Assembly: GCA_965214095.1 (NCBI GenBank)
Contig: OZ243938.1
Span: 768,001 to 832,000, forward strand
Length of the DNA: 64,000 bases
Source: Candidatus Poribacteria bacterium
GTDB taxonomy: Bacteria > Poribacteria > WGA-4E > WGA-3G
Direction of reading: 5' to 3'
Below are positions 29,284 to 39,096 of the stretch, piece after piece. How positions within the stretch are numbered: position 1 is the first letter of the stretch; every line of letters begins with the position of its first letter. The translations under genes were made by a program, and so were the position numbers. A model generated the notes under the pieces. That model was given only the letters and a program-made list of their open reading frames with translations. It was not told where the DNA came from and did no database searches.

Positions 29284-29352
29284 TTGGCATTATATTTGCT
29301 TATATACAAAATAGTTAGAACTTACTGAGCAAATGTTGGCATAGAAATTGCC
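29284..29352 (+). promoter_or_regulatory. Two tandem sigma54 (-24/-12) promoter-like sites upstream of hsp20
   Basis: TTGGCATTATATTTGCT (29284-29300) and TTGGCATAGAAATTGCC (29336-29352), both GG-N10-GC. Confidence 0.65.
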
Positions 29353-29393
29353 TATTGTATTACAGAAACAAATCAATAAAAAAGGAGAAAAAA

Positions 29394-29849
29394 ATGACTT
29401 ATTTAACCTTACGCAGACCGGTAGCAACCCCTTTCAGATTTTTCAACGCACCTTTCACCTTTCATCGTCCATTCGCAGTGACAGGTGAATATAAATGGAA
29501 TCCCTCGGCAGATATAACCGAGACGGATGATACCTATGAAGTTCGTGCTGAACTCCCCGGTGTTTCAAAAGACAATGTCCAAATCTCTGTCAAGGACGGT
29601 CTCTTATCTATTAAGGGTGAAAAGCGACAGGAAAATATGGACGACGGAAAGAATTACAAACGGATTGAAAGACAATACGGCACTTTTGAACGGAACTTCA
29701 CACTCCCACCAAAAGTTGTAGCAGACAATATCAATGCAAAATTCAACGATGGGGTGTTGACCGTTTCTATCCCAAAACCGGAAGAAGTAAAACCGAAAGA
29801 AATTCCGATCAGTACTGAAACGGTTGTGGATGCATCTGAAGAAAAGTAA
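29394..29849 (+). CDS. Hsp20/alpha-crystallin small heat-shock protein
   Basis: P.ADITET, AELPGV, ERQYG.FERNFTLP, DGVLTV.IPK; AAGGAG RBS. Confidence 0.93.
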   Translation: MTYLTLRRPVATPFRFFNAPFTFHRPFAVTGEYKWNPSADITETDDTYEVRAELPGVSKDNVQISVKDGLLSIKGEKRQENMDDGKNYKRIERQYGTFERNFTLPPKVVADNINAKFNDGVLTVSIPKPEEVKPKEIPISTETVVDASEEK

Positions 29850-29860
29850 TCATCAGTTTA

Positions 29861-29910
29861 GTAACAGGAACAGGTTGGCATAATCAGTTATGTCAACCTG
29901 TTCCTGTTAC
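29861..29910. terminator. Long hairpin between the two hsp20 genes (terminator or mRNA-stabilising stem)
   Basis: GTAACAGGAACAGGTTGGCATAA / TTATGTCAACCTGTTCCTGTTAC. Confidence 0.65.
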
Positions 29911-29985
29911 AACATATATCACGAACAAATTACAATTTCAGTAGTCTTATCAAGTGAAAGAAAACTAAAATTAAGGAGAATTATT

Positions 29986-30615
29986 TTGAGAAGATCACAA
30001 CAGAATAGACCAAGAGGAGAATTTCAAGGACAACGTCCTAACAATCACAGAAAAGGACGCGGTAGAAGACATCCTGAAGGAGAACGACAAGGTCCTCCAC
30101 ATCAGAAAAGACGAAACCGTAGAAGGAACCCCCAAGCAGGTCATAGAAACCGAGACAATCGTCCACCGAGAAGAAGAAATCGACAACGTTCAGCAGAACA
30201 TCCAATCAGAGAACACTTTCCACATCATAATAGAATGCAAGAAGGTTTTGGTGGAGAAGTGCCATTTCAACGGAGAAGAGGTAGATTTAGACCTATTGCC
30301 GGTTTTACCGCTTATGATGACAGGTTTGAGATTGAAGTTGAACTTCCCGGCGTTAAAGAAAAGGATATTAGTGTTGCCGTTGCAGGTAAAAGGTTGATAG
30401 TAAAAGGTAAAAAGCATCGGAAGCAATCTGACGAAAATCATAACATCCGTAGATCAGAATTAAAGTATGGTAGATTTCAACGTGCATTTCCACTACTACC
30501 AATGGCTAATACTGAAGGTATTAAGGCTGATTTTAAGGATGGTATTCTAACGATAGTCATACCGAAGAAGGAAGAAGCAAAACCGAAAGAAATACCTATC
30601 AATGCGGATACCTAA
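29986..30615 (+). CDS. Hsp20 protein with Arg-rich low-complexity N-terminal extension
   Basis: TTG start after TAAGGAG; about 100 aa R/N/Q/H/P-rich segment, then ELPGV...ELKYGRFQRAF.L...DGILTI.IPK. Confidence 0.85.
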   Translation: MRRSQQNRPRGEFQGQRPNNHRKGRGRRHPEGERQGPPHQKRRNRRRNPQAGHRNRDNRPPRRRNRQRSAEHPIREHFPHHNRMQEGFGGEVPFQRRRGRFRPIAGFTAYDDRFEIEVELPGVKEKDISVAVAGKRLIVKGKKHRKQSDENHNIRRSELKYGRFQRAFPLLPMANTEGIKADFKDGILTIVIPKKEEAKPKEIPINADT

Positions 30616-30732
30616 ATCTTACCTAATTGTTGGGATGGTCTCTGTGCCATTTACGCTTTATACCTATAAAACCTCATACGACACAAAGACCCATCCTACA
30701 ATGGTCAAGGAAATGTTCGGTCAATAACTCCC

Positions 30733-31407
30733 TCAACTATCCTTGCCTTCTGCCATCCCAAGATAGAGTAATGCGGCAAGTACTGCACCAACACATGGAC
30801 CAACAAAGTACAACCATAAATCAGCATAATTGTTTGCAGCGATCGCAGGTCCCAATGTCCGTGCTGGATTAAAAGATGCACGTGTCAAAGGTCCACCCAT
30901 TAGGATACAAGCGATCAATGATAACCCGATTGCAATTCCTGCGAAATTCCCTGCTTTTCCACTAACTGCAGTATTGAAAATAGTAGTGACAAGAAAGAAT
31001 GTCAGTATGATTTCAACAACGAGACCTTGTATTACAGATACATTCTCTGCCAAAATGGTAACCCCTAAATCTCCATCTATAGGTAGCAATCCTTTCAGCA
31101 CCAATGCCCCAGCAATTCCACCAGAGAACTGAACAATCCAATACCCAATAGCAGTAACTAAGCGGATCTCACCAGCCACCAAGAAACCAAGTGTTACAGC
31201 AGGATTAATATGTGTCCCTGATATATGTCCATAAGCATACACAAAAGCAATGACGACAAACCCATGAGCAAGTGCTACCCCTAATAGATTTTCAAGTCCA
31301 TAAGAGTGTCCATCTAAGTTATTACCAGTGATTGCTAATGCACCCGCACCAATAAAGATCAATGCAAAGGTGCCAATAAATTCTGCAACATATTTCCCAG
31401 TATCCAT
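30733..31407 (-). CDS. MIP-family aquaporin
   Basis: AEFIGT, SGTHINPAVT and SFNPART (two NPA motifs). Confidence 0.95.
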   Translation of the reverse strand: MDTGKYVAEFIGTFALIFIGAGALAITGNNLDGHSYGLENLLGVALAHGFVVIAFVYAYGHISGTHINPAVTLGFLVAGEIRLVTAIGYWIVQFSGGIAGALVLKGLLPIDGDLGVTILAENVSVIQGLVVEIILTFFLVTTIFNTAVSGKAGNFAGIAIGLSLIACILMGGPLTRASFNPARTLGPAIAANNYADLWLYFVGPCVGAVLAALLYLGMAEGKDS

Positions 31408-31500
31408 AACGTATTATCTTCTTTCTACACTACAGCAGAACCTTCCTATTATAGTGAATTATAATATTATGTGAACATTTGCTTAAGAACTACGGTGTTC

Positions 31501-31525
31501 GTAGTCGCGCAATTCATTGCGCCTC
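31501..31525 (+). repeat. GTAG REP family B
   Basis: GTAGTCGCGCAATTCATTGCGCCTC. Confidence 0.75.
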
Positions 31526-31571
31526 TTACATTCCAGTAATAAGAATAATCATCTATAAGAATAACACTGTA

Positions 31572-32930
31572 TCAAAGTGGCCAACGGTTCTGAAATTGCT
31601 CAACCATTGCATCAGGTCCACCATGTTGACCTAAGAACGCTAAGAATGCTTGGTATAGCCTACGTGCTTCGTCATTGTCCGACTCAAATCGATTATGCAT
31701 CTGGTCTGGATCAGATGAAAGATGGAACAGACTTTTCGGTGCACCTTGATTTTCCAACAACAACGACCATTCACCATCCGTAATACTCCCATGTGGACTT
31801 CCACCATCAGGACTCCAACCGCCACCCCACGCACCGTGTGTGATCGCATAATCCCTACACTTATCTGTATCACCAAGGACAGTAGGCAGTAAACTAATAC
31901 CCTCAACCTGTTTTCCTCGTTCTGCACCAAAGACATCAATCACAGTCGCAGGTATGTCAATAATACTGGCAATGGCATCTGTCCGTCGCGGTGTAACTTC
32001 AGGATAATATATCAATAGCGGTATATGCACAATCTCCTCAAACATACTGAGATTCTTAGCAATGAGACCGTGTTCTCCCAGCAGAAATCCGTGGTCTGCC
32101 ATAAAGATAATCATCGTGTTTTCCATCAAACCCATATAGTCAATCTTACTCAGCAATTTGCCAATCCAATGGTCAACGAGAGATGCTTCTGCCCTATAGA
32201 GAGCATTGAGTCGTTGTGTCGTCCGTTCATCCATCTGATTGACACCATAAGTTGGATAGATGGGTTCTGGACCATCGTAATCATCTGGATCAAACCTTCT
32301 GATATACCAGTCAGGCACATCCCACGGTTCGTGTGGATCGAAGGTATCAACCATCAGATAGAAACTCTCATGTTGATAGTTGTGTTCCAACCAATCACAT
32401 GCGGTTTGCACCGTCTGTGCTACAAAGGTATCCCCTTCGTTCTTACGATATTCGCTATTTTTCAGATGATTCCCAAGACCAGGTGGCAATCTATCTGGAT
32501 GTGGTCTAGTGTGTTCACGATAACGCAATGCTATTTCAGTTCCAAAGTCGTAAGGTTGAGTTTCCAATAGATCGGATTCCTGACCCCGTATCCATTTCCA
32601 TCCAGTGAACCCTCTATTATACAAGAATCCATTATTAAGATGGTGTGGTGTATCCGCAATCATCATGCTTACTACACCTGCTTTTGTGAGATCGTTGGCA
32701 ATCACCGGAACGTTGCGTTGGAGCGGCTCCCATCCACGTCTACATATACCTAATTCACCGGTGACCAAATCACCACGTATCGGAACAGTCGGATAACTGC
32801 TAACATAGGCTTTGTCAAAGACAACGCATTTTTCAGCGAAAGCATTGAGTGCAGGACTATATCCTTTACCACCGTAAACTTCTAAATTGTCACGCCTAAA
32901 TGTATCTGAAATGATATGTATTATATTCAT
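31572..32930 (-). CDS. Sulfatase-like hydrolase
   Basis: NII.IISDTFRRD, PTVPIR, FDPHEPW, ADHG..LGEHG, HIPLLI; ATG 32930 after AGAGGGA. Confidence 0.88.
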   Translation of the reverse strand: MNIIHIISDTFRRDNLEVYGGKGYSPALNAFAEKCVVFDKAYVSSYPTVPIRGDLVTGELGICRRGWEPLQRNVPVIANDLTKAGVVSMMIADTPHHLNNGFLYNRGFTGWKWIRGQESDLLETQPYDFGTEIALRYREHTRPHPDRLPPGLGNHLKNSEYRKNEGDTFVAQTVQTACDWLEHNYQHESFYLMVDTFDPHEPWDVPDWYIRRFDPDDYDGPEPIYPTYGVNQMDERTTQRLNALYRAEASLVDHWIGKLLSKIDYMGLMENTMIIFMADHGFLLGEHGLIAKNLSMFEEIVHIPLLIYYPEVTPRRTDAIASIIDIPATVIDVFGAERGKQVEGISLLPTVLGDTDKCRDYAITHGAWGGGWSPDGGSPHGSITDGEWSLLLENQGAPKSLFHLSSDPDQMHNRFESDNDEARRLYQAFLAFLGQHGGPDAMVEQFQNRWPL

Positions 32931-32982
32931 AATTCCCTCTATGATCTGAAAGATAGAATCCAACTAAATTATAGTCTTAAAA

Positions 32983-34395
32983 TTATACATGAATTTCACT
33001 TTCTTGTGTCATCTTTTCCTTTTCCCTTTCAGCAATCTGTACCACAGCCGGCAATAACCCATAGATACACCAGAACGGAACACCGATTGCATCTCCATTC
33101 AATAGATTATTCACAACGAAATGCACCATCAATGATATTTCTACAGACATCAGACCTACAATAATAGAACGGTAGAAGCTATCTTCAATTCTTTTGAGGG
33201 CACGAAAACCGTAATGTAAAAAAGCAAGATTGAGCCAAATCCATACCACTAACCCTATTGTACCAAGTTCTGCCATCACCTGTAGATATTCACTATGTGC
33301 ACCTAACTGATACTGTGCAACATAACTACCTACGAGCGAAACATCCTCCTCATAGAGCATTGCAAACGCTCCATACCCCTTACCTAAGATAGGACTGTCC
33401 AGAAACATTGTGATAGCTTGTCCCCATCGCATGATGCGTGCCCGGTTAGAGGCATAATTCAAATCTACAGTTGTTGAAATCCGTTCCATTAGAGCACTAT
33501 AGACACCCGGTAAACTCAAACATGCTAATAAGACAAGACAGGCAGCACCAACAAACAGTATCTTCTTATGTGTAACACCTTTTCCTAATTGCAAAAGCAT
33601 AAACCCCACCGCAACGATAACAGATAACCAAACCCCGCGCGAAAAACACATTATGAGACCTATCCCAAAACAGATAATCCACCCAAACCACATTACACGG
33701 TCATATTGATGATTATCAAACATCAGACGGCTTAAACATATTAAAAAGAAAATTGCTGTGAATGCTCCGTAAACAGAATAGTTCGTGAATGGTGAACTCC
33801 GAAACGCACTTGTCCACTGCCACTGATCGATATTGACAATCAACACGATAATCGTCCAGAAAACTGCAATTGCTGCACTCGGGAATGATGCAACGAATAA
33901 CCGCTTCAAATCTTGACGGTGTTGAATTATATCATACACAACTAAACTGAGCAGGACGTATGTTGTATATCTGATTGCACCTTTCAAAGTACCAAATAGA
34001 TCAGGGGTATTGATTGCAGAAATAAAAGTAACGCATATAAACAAACAAAGAGGTAATAGGAATGGGAATGCGGGTCTGTTCTGCTGCCTACCGAGCGCAA
34101 AGTCCAATATCTTCTTTAGCAGATAAACAGCACACAGCATACCCAACAACGGTTCAGTAGGGGTTTGAATCTCAAGCAGTTGAGGGATAATATATCGAAA
34201 TGAAAATGGCAGGCAAATGAATAGGAGATAGAGTGCCAACTCCATTCCTATAAATACAAATAATCCTGTTGCAAACAATAGACAAAGAACAGCAAGCGGT
34301 GATTCTGAATAGAGTCCAACTATTATCCCAAATACGATGCAAACTATAAATGGAAGGATACGGTTTGCGTGTTTCAAGGACCTGCCTGTTATCAA
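32983..34395 (-). CDS. O-antigen ligase (Wzy_C)-family membrane protein
   Basis: Multiple TMs, FSRGVW, R...W..A..MF.DSPILGKGYG.F, AHSEYLQ..AELG. Confidence 0.85.
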   Translation of the reverse strand: MITGRSLKHANRILPFIVCIVFGIIVGLYSESPLAVLCLLFATGLFVFIGMELALYLLFICLPFSFRYIIPQLLEIQTPTEPLLGMLCAVYLLKKILDFALGRQQNRPAFPFLLPLCLFICVTFISAINTPDLFGTLKGAIRYTTYVLLSLVVYDIIQHRQDLKRLFVASFPSAAIAVFWTIIVLIVNIDQWQWTSAFRSSPFTNYSVYGAFTAIFFLICLSRLMFDNHQYDRVMWFGWIICFGIGLIMCFSRGVWLSVIVAVGFMLLQLGKGVTHKKILFVGAACLVLLACLSLPGVYSALMERISTTVDLNYASNRARIMRWGQAITMFLDSPILGKGYGAFAMLYEEDVSLVGSYVAQYQLGAHSEYLQVMAELGTIGLVVWIWLNLAFLHYGFRALKRIEDSFYRSIIVGLMSVEISLMVHFVVNNLLNGDAIGVPFWCIYGLLPAVVQIAEREKEKMTQESEIHV

Positions 34396-35108
34396 AACTG
34401 CGTGCTGACTCCAAATCCAATCGCAGTTCCATCTAATATTATGTTAATAGGAGGAGTTCCTGTAGTTTCAACAGATTTTAGTAACCGCTTCAATTCAAAA
34501 GTAATGGCAGCGTTATTCCCAATAGATGCTCGTGTATTTGAAGAAGTTTGCCACTGAAACAACTCTAAACCAACAAGAACATAACCAGTTGTACTTGTCC
34601 CACCATTTGACAGCATGATTCCCTGTTCTGCCAGCAAATCTATCATGTTTCCTTCAAAATTTGCACTTAACAGTCCAACTCCTGCCCCAAAATATATTGG
34701 TAGGTATTCATAGAGAAATACTGGACGATAGATGAGTTGGTAGGAGATCGGTACAAGTGTTGTTGTAATAAAGAGTGAATTAGGTCCAGGTGTTTGAAGT
34801 TCTGTTCGCCAATATCCAATTTCAAGACGAGAATCAAGTTCTGACATGTGCTGGAAAACAATAGAGAGTGTCGGCATCATGGCTACAGGTGTTTTGGTTA
34901 TACCTACAGACTGAAGAACATTGTTCAAATCACCTAATTTCGGTTTATATGAATAGATTGCAAACTGGAGTGATGAAGTCTTGATGTGCCGGTTGAAAAA
35001 ACTCTGTAGTCGTGGAGAAGGGTATGCCTCCTGTTCCTCAACTGGATGCGCTATTGAAAGATTAGAACAAAGGAAGAAGAGAAATAGAACAACAAACAAA
35101 TATCTCAT
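34392..35108 (-). CDS. Putative outer-membrane beta-barrel protein
   Basis: Signal peptide, amphipathic strands (PIYFGAGVG), C-terminal Phe. Confidence 0.55.
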   Translation of the reverse strand: MRYLFVVLFLFFLCSNLSIAHPVEEQEAYPSPRLQSFFNRHIKTSSLQFAIYSYKPKLGDLNNVLQSVGITKTPVAMMPTLSIVFQHMSELDSRLEIGYWRTELQTPGPNSLFITTTLVPISYQLIYRPVFLYEYLPIYFGAGVGLLSANFEGNMIDLLAEQGIMLSNGGTSTTGYVLVGLELFQWQTSSNTRASIGNNAAITFELKRLLKSVETTGTPPINIILDGTAIGFGVSTQF

Positions 35109-35184
35109 ATTGTAGGACGGACTCTGTGCCCTGTAGTTGATGGTTAATTAGATATTAGGGCAAAACTCTACACGCTCATAAAAA

Positions 35185-35218
35185 GTTAGGATGTCCTAAT
35201 ATACGAGGACATCCTAAC
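35185..35218 (-). terminator. Intrinsic terminator after OmpA-family gene
   Basis: GTTAGGATGTCCT / AGGACATCCTAAC stem followed by a T-run on the minus strand. Confidence 0.65.
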
Positions 35219-35264
35219 AACACTTGACGAAAAATCGTGGGGTAACTAATGTATGAAAATCACA

Positions 35265-36137
35265 TTACATCGAACCAGTTGGGTTGAGAATAATCTCTAC
35301 CCGACGATTCATGGCTCTGCCAGCTGTTGTGTTCTGTGGTCCGACTGGGTCTGTGTGTGCCCTTCCAACAGACTTGACTCTTGCTGCGTCTACACCTTTA
35401 TCTTTTAGGTATTTTGCCGCGGCATTTGCACGTGCTTGTGACAGATCCCAATTACTTTGATATCCACCACGCAATACGGGGGTACCATCGGCATGTCCAA
35501 CGACAAGTACTTCTGCCTCTGGATTTTCCATAATCTGTCCAACTACACCGTCAATCATCTCTTTTGCTTTGGCAGACAATCTTGTTTGTCCACTGGAAAA
35601 GTTGACTGTAACCAAGAGTGATGGTTTAGATGCAATATCAGCTTTAACTATACCCAATTCCTCTATAATAGAGGCAATTTGTGATAGTGCTTTCTTTATG
35701 TCCATACCTTGCGTATTTACAGTTTTTACAAGGTCGGATAATTCTTTCTTGACCTTTGCGTCTTCTGCTTTTGCAAAATCATTCGACTTCTTGCCTGCCA
35801 TATCAAGGTCCTTTGAATGTTCTGCACGAAGTTTTGCGATTTCTTCTTTAGTATTTTGCTTTGCGGCAGCGATTGTGTCAGCATCTCCTTGTTGGGACGC
35901 GGCAATAGCCTCATCCTTCGCTTGAGAGATCGCCTCCATATTATCCTTATTGTTCTGATCAACTTTACCTTCGAGTTTTGTAATATCGGCTTTAATTTCA
36001 CTCGTGGATTGTTCTATCTGAGCAACATGCTCATTCTTCCACATGTCAAACTCTTCTTGGTTTAGCTTGCCGCACCCAATGACAGCAATACTCAGAACTA
36101 ATAGAGCTGCAACAAAAAATGTTCCTCTGGTTTTCAT
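35265..36137 (-). CDS. OmpA/MotB-family lipoprotein with coiled coil
   Basis: Lipobox AVIGC; VGHADG...NWDLSQARA...NRRVEI peptidoglycan-binding domain. Confidence 0.9.
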   Translation of the reverse strand: MKTRGTFFVAALLVLSIAVIGCGKLNQEEFDMWKNEHVAQIEQSTSEIKADITKLEGKVDQNNKDNMEAISQAKDEAIAASQQGDADTIAAAKQNTKEEIAKLRAEHSKDLDMAGKKSNDFAKAEDAKVKKELSDLVKTVNTQGMDIKKALSQIASIIEELGIVKADIASKPSLLVTVNFSSGQTRLSAKAKEMIDGVVGQIMENPEAEVLVVGHADGTPVLRGGYQSNWDLSQARANAAAKYLKDKGVDAARVKSVGRAHTDPVGPQNTTAGRAMNRRVEIILNPTGSM

Positions 36138-36316
36138 GGAATTCCTCCAAAATATGATACGTAAACTGAGTAATTTATTTAGTCCACAATAGATGTGTCA
36201 TAATAGTTTACCACAATTTAGCATTTAATTCAAAAAAAATTGTTATGTGTCTCTATTTCTGGCTGAACGATGTCTGATTACTTGAAATTTTATGCAAAAT
36301 ACTGTAAACTAAAGAT

Positions 36317-37681
36317 ATGGGTCAATTGAGTATAATCTTTATTATAGGCTTCCTATGTCTATTTAGTTATGAACTGCCAGATAGCGTTGAAAGAATAAGC
36401 ATAGTACCGAGGCTTTTCTGGCACATTATACTTACATTTAGTCCCGTCTTAATCGCTTATCTAATTTCCTCTGTTGTCCCTCGCTTCCTAAATTCCGAAA
36501 AACCTATAGGAAAATTCTTTGAATCACGTTTTGGCACAATTCGTTTACTACTTGAAGTGCTTTGTTTAGGTGCTTTCTTGTATAATCTATATCTATTAGA
36601 TTTACTTGAATTTATTAATATACATTTTAGATTTTTTCCCTTTTTTGAACTACGTCAAAGCATCGCATTGCTCCCATTAATGATAAGTTTAATCGGTGTT
36701 AAGTTGGTTTTTCACAGTATGAGTCAAGGAGATGATGTTCGCTATGGTGAATTGTTGTCATTCCACATAAAATTTTTACTCATTCCACTTATACCATTGC
36801 TGATATATCTCACAACTCTAGATATTTTAGTTCGCCTACCCGAAGATGTTTTGGAATTTCTTGTTAAATATCCATATCTATTCATTGGACTTCTATTACC
36901 AGTACTTGCAGGAGCATATATATTTGCCCCATTGTTGATGCGGTTAATGTGGAAGACAAAAGCACTCACAGATATGGTATTAAAGGAGAGATTGGAAGAA
37001 TTGACGAAGAAAAGTCAGACGAAATATAAGGATATCGTCGTTTGGCAAACAGGCTCGTTATTAATTGCAAATGCTGCAGTGGCTGGCACCCTTCATTGGA
37101 ATAGACGTATTTTTATTACGGATACACTTCTAAAGTATTTTACAGATGACCAAATTGAAACAATTGTTGCACATGAACTTGGTCATATACGGTTTAAACA
37201 CATTCCAACCTATGTTTTATTTTCTTGTCTCTATTTAGTCAGTTATCCACTCTTTTTGATATTCATAGAACAACCGATACTCAATGTATTACCTACACTA
37301 CTGTTAGAAAATTATCCAATAATATCTTCAACCGGTTCAATAATGTTTTTCATTTTATATTTTGTCTTTGGATTCCGATACATATCGCGTCGTTTTGAAT
37401 ACCAAGCAGACCTATATGCAGCCTCACTTACAAATAAACCGGAAGCATTCATTTCCGCTTTAGAACGTTTAGCTTTGTTCAATAATATTCCAAGATACGT
37501 TAGACGCATCGTAGAATCTTTCAATACACATCCTTCAATTCATCGTCGTATTGAATTTGTTAATCGGTTTATTAAAGGTGATGTTGGAATAAAACGGTTC
37601 TATGGCTATCTGCTTGAGACGAAAATACTATTGATATTATTACCGATATTTCTTACTGTTTTACTGATACTTATATTTTAG
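36317..37681 (+). CDS. M48-family membrane zinc metalloprotease
   Basis: ANAA, AHELGH, EYQADLYA, THPS...RI; multiple TMs. Confidence 0.9.
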   Translation: MGQLSIIFIIGFLCLFSYELPDSVERISIVPRLFWHIILTFSPVLIAYLISSVVPRFLNSEKPIGKFFESRFGTIRLLLEVLCLGAFLYNLYLLDLLEFINIHFRFFPFFELRQSIALLPLMISLIGVKLVFHSMSQGDDVRYGELLSFHIKFLLIPLIPLLIYLTTLDILVRLPEDVLEFLVKYPYLFIGLLLPVLAGAYIFAPLLMRLMWKTKALTDMVLKERLEELTKKSQTKYKDIVVWQTGSLLIANAAVAGTLHWNRRIFITDTLLKYFTDDQIETIVAHELGHIRFKHIPTYVLFSCLYLVSYPLFLIFIEQPILNVLPTLLLENYPIISSTGSIMFFILYFVFGFRYISRRFEYQADLYAASLTNKPEAFISALERLALFNNIPRYVRRIVESFNTHPSIHRRIEFVNRFIKGDVGIKRFYGYLLETKILLILLPIFLTVLLILIF

Positions 37682-37695
37682 TTGCCGATTGACTG

Positions 37696-38037
37696 TTACT
37701 CAGGTTCAAGCACGAACTTCAGTTTGTCAATAGCACGGTTAATAGGTAATTCATAGAACTTTTGTAACTCGCGTAATTCGTTTGCTATATCAAAAGCAAC
37801 AAGCATAGGTATCCGTGATTCATCGTAGCGTTTTTTGGCATAACTATCTACTCTGCTCTTAACATAAGAAATAAGGACATCTATATCTTCAGCACTCAAT
37901 TCTTCGGATGGTTTTATAGAATATGGGATTCCCAATACTACAAATCGGATTGCTTGAACATCCTGCGTAGATTGCTGATCTTCTTCTTCTTCTTGCGGTT
38001 GTTCCTCAACTTGTTCTTCTTGCTGTTCGTCTAGCAT
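37696..38037 (-). CDS. zapA: Cell-division protein ZapA-like
   Basis: F.VLG..YSIK, YV..RV, LVAFDIANEL pattern; acidic N-terminal extension. Confidence 0.7.
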   Translation of the reverse strand: MLDEQQEEQVEEQPQEEEEDQQSTQDVQAIRFVVLGIPYSIKPSEELSAEDIDVLISYVKSRVDSYAKKRYDESRIPMLVAFDIANELRELQKFYELPINRAIDKLKFVLEPE

Positions 38038-38126
38038 ATCTGTTCCTTCCAGAATAAGTTCATATTAATGTTGATGCGTTTGTATTATATTGTAGAAAAA
38101 TAGAATTTGTCTAAATATATTCACAT

Positions 38127-39047
38127 CTAAGTAAGTGCCTTTCGCATCGTATCAACACAAGGTTCAACACCTGTCCACCTTTGAAAAGAAATTGCACCTT
38201 GATGAACCAACATACCGATGCCACCAACAATTCTACATTTCTTTTCTGCTGCTATTAATAACGATGTCATCGGTGGAGTGTATACAATATCACATACAGT
38301 TGCATTCAGTTGAAGCCAATCCGGATTAATTAGAAGCGGAATTGTGGAATCCATGCTTGATGAAGAAGTATTGACAATTAATGCACTTCCATTCACAGCA
38401 TCAGGTAAACGTGAATCCTGCAACCCCATGCCTATCAATTCTGTCCGATGTATTGTTGAGGCGTCAATAGCGGTTTCAGAAACCGTTGTGTTATCTTCCT
38501 TCTTCTTTTTTCCGAATATTTTATCTGTTAGTTCTTCAGCCAATGCAACTGCCTTTGAAACCGTCCTATTAGCAATGACAATTGAACGGACACCAGCAAG
38601 TGCTAAAGCGACTACAATTGCCCGCGCTGATCCTCCTGCGCCAAGAACAACGACATTTTCACCCACTGGCACAACAGCACCTGCTTCCTCCAAAGAACGT
38701 AAAAATCCGGGGGCATCCGTGTTTTCACCGTGTATCTGTCCATCGGTAAATGTAAGTGTATTAACTGCTCCGATGAGTTCTGCTTCGCGTGAGATTGTCG
38801 CAAGATACGGTATGACAGATTGTTTATGCGGAAGTGTAACATTTATCCCTACAACGTTGAGTGCTATAAATCCGTGTAATGCTTCGGCTACCGCTTCTGC
38901 AGCAACATGAAATGGCACATAAACATAGTCAAGTCCCGCTTCAGCGAGGGCTGCGTTATGCATCTGTGGTGAACGACTATGCGATACTGGTTCCCCTATA
39001 ACACCAATGATTCGAGTGTTACCAGTGATTGAATGTGGTGTGTCCAT
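38127..39047 (-). CDS. aroE: Shikimate dehydrogenase
   Basis: HSRSPQMHN, NVTLPHK, GAVNT, NTD, GAGGSAR, DIVY, GMLVHQG. Confidence 0.95.
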   Translation of the reverse strand: MDTPHSITGNTRIIGVIGEPVSHSRSPQMHNAALAEAGLDYVYVPFHVAAEAVAEALHGFIALNVVGINVTLPHKQSVIPYLATISREAELIGAVNTLTFTDGQIHGENTDAPGFLRSLEEAGAVVPVGENVVVLGAGGSARAIVVALALAGVRSIVIANRTVSKAVALAEELTDKIFGKKKKEDNTTVSETAIDASTIHRTELIGMGLQDSRLPDAVNGSALIVNTSSSSMDSTIPLLINPDWLQLNATVCDIVYTPPMTSLLIAAEKKCRIVGGIGMLVHQGAISFQRWTGVEPCVDTMRKALT

Positions 39048-39096
39048 TGATTTATGATTACTTTATACGAATGTTGTTAACGAACCTACTATGTTG

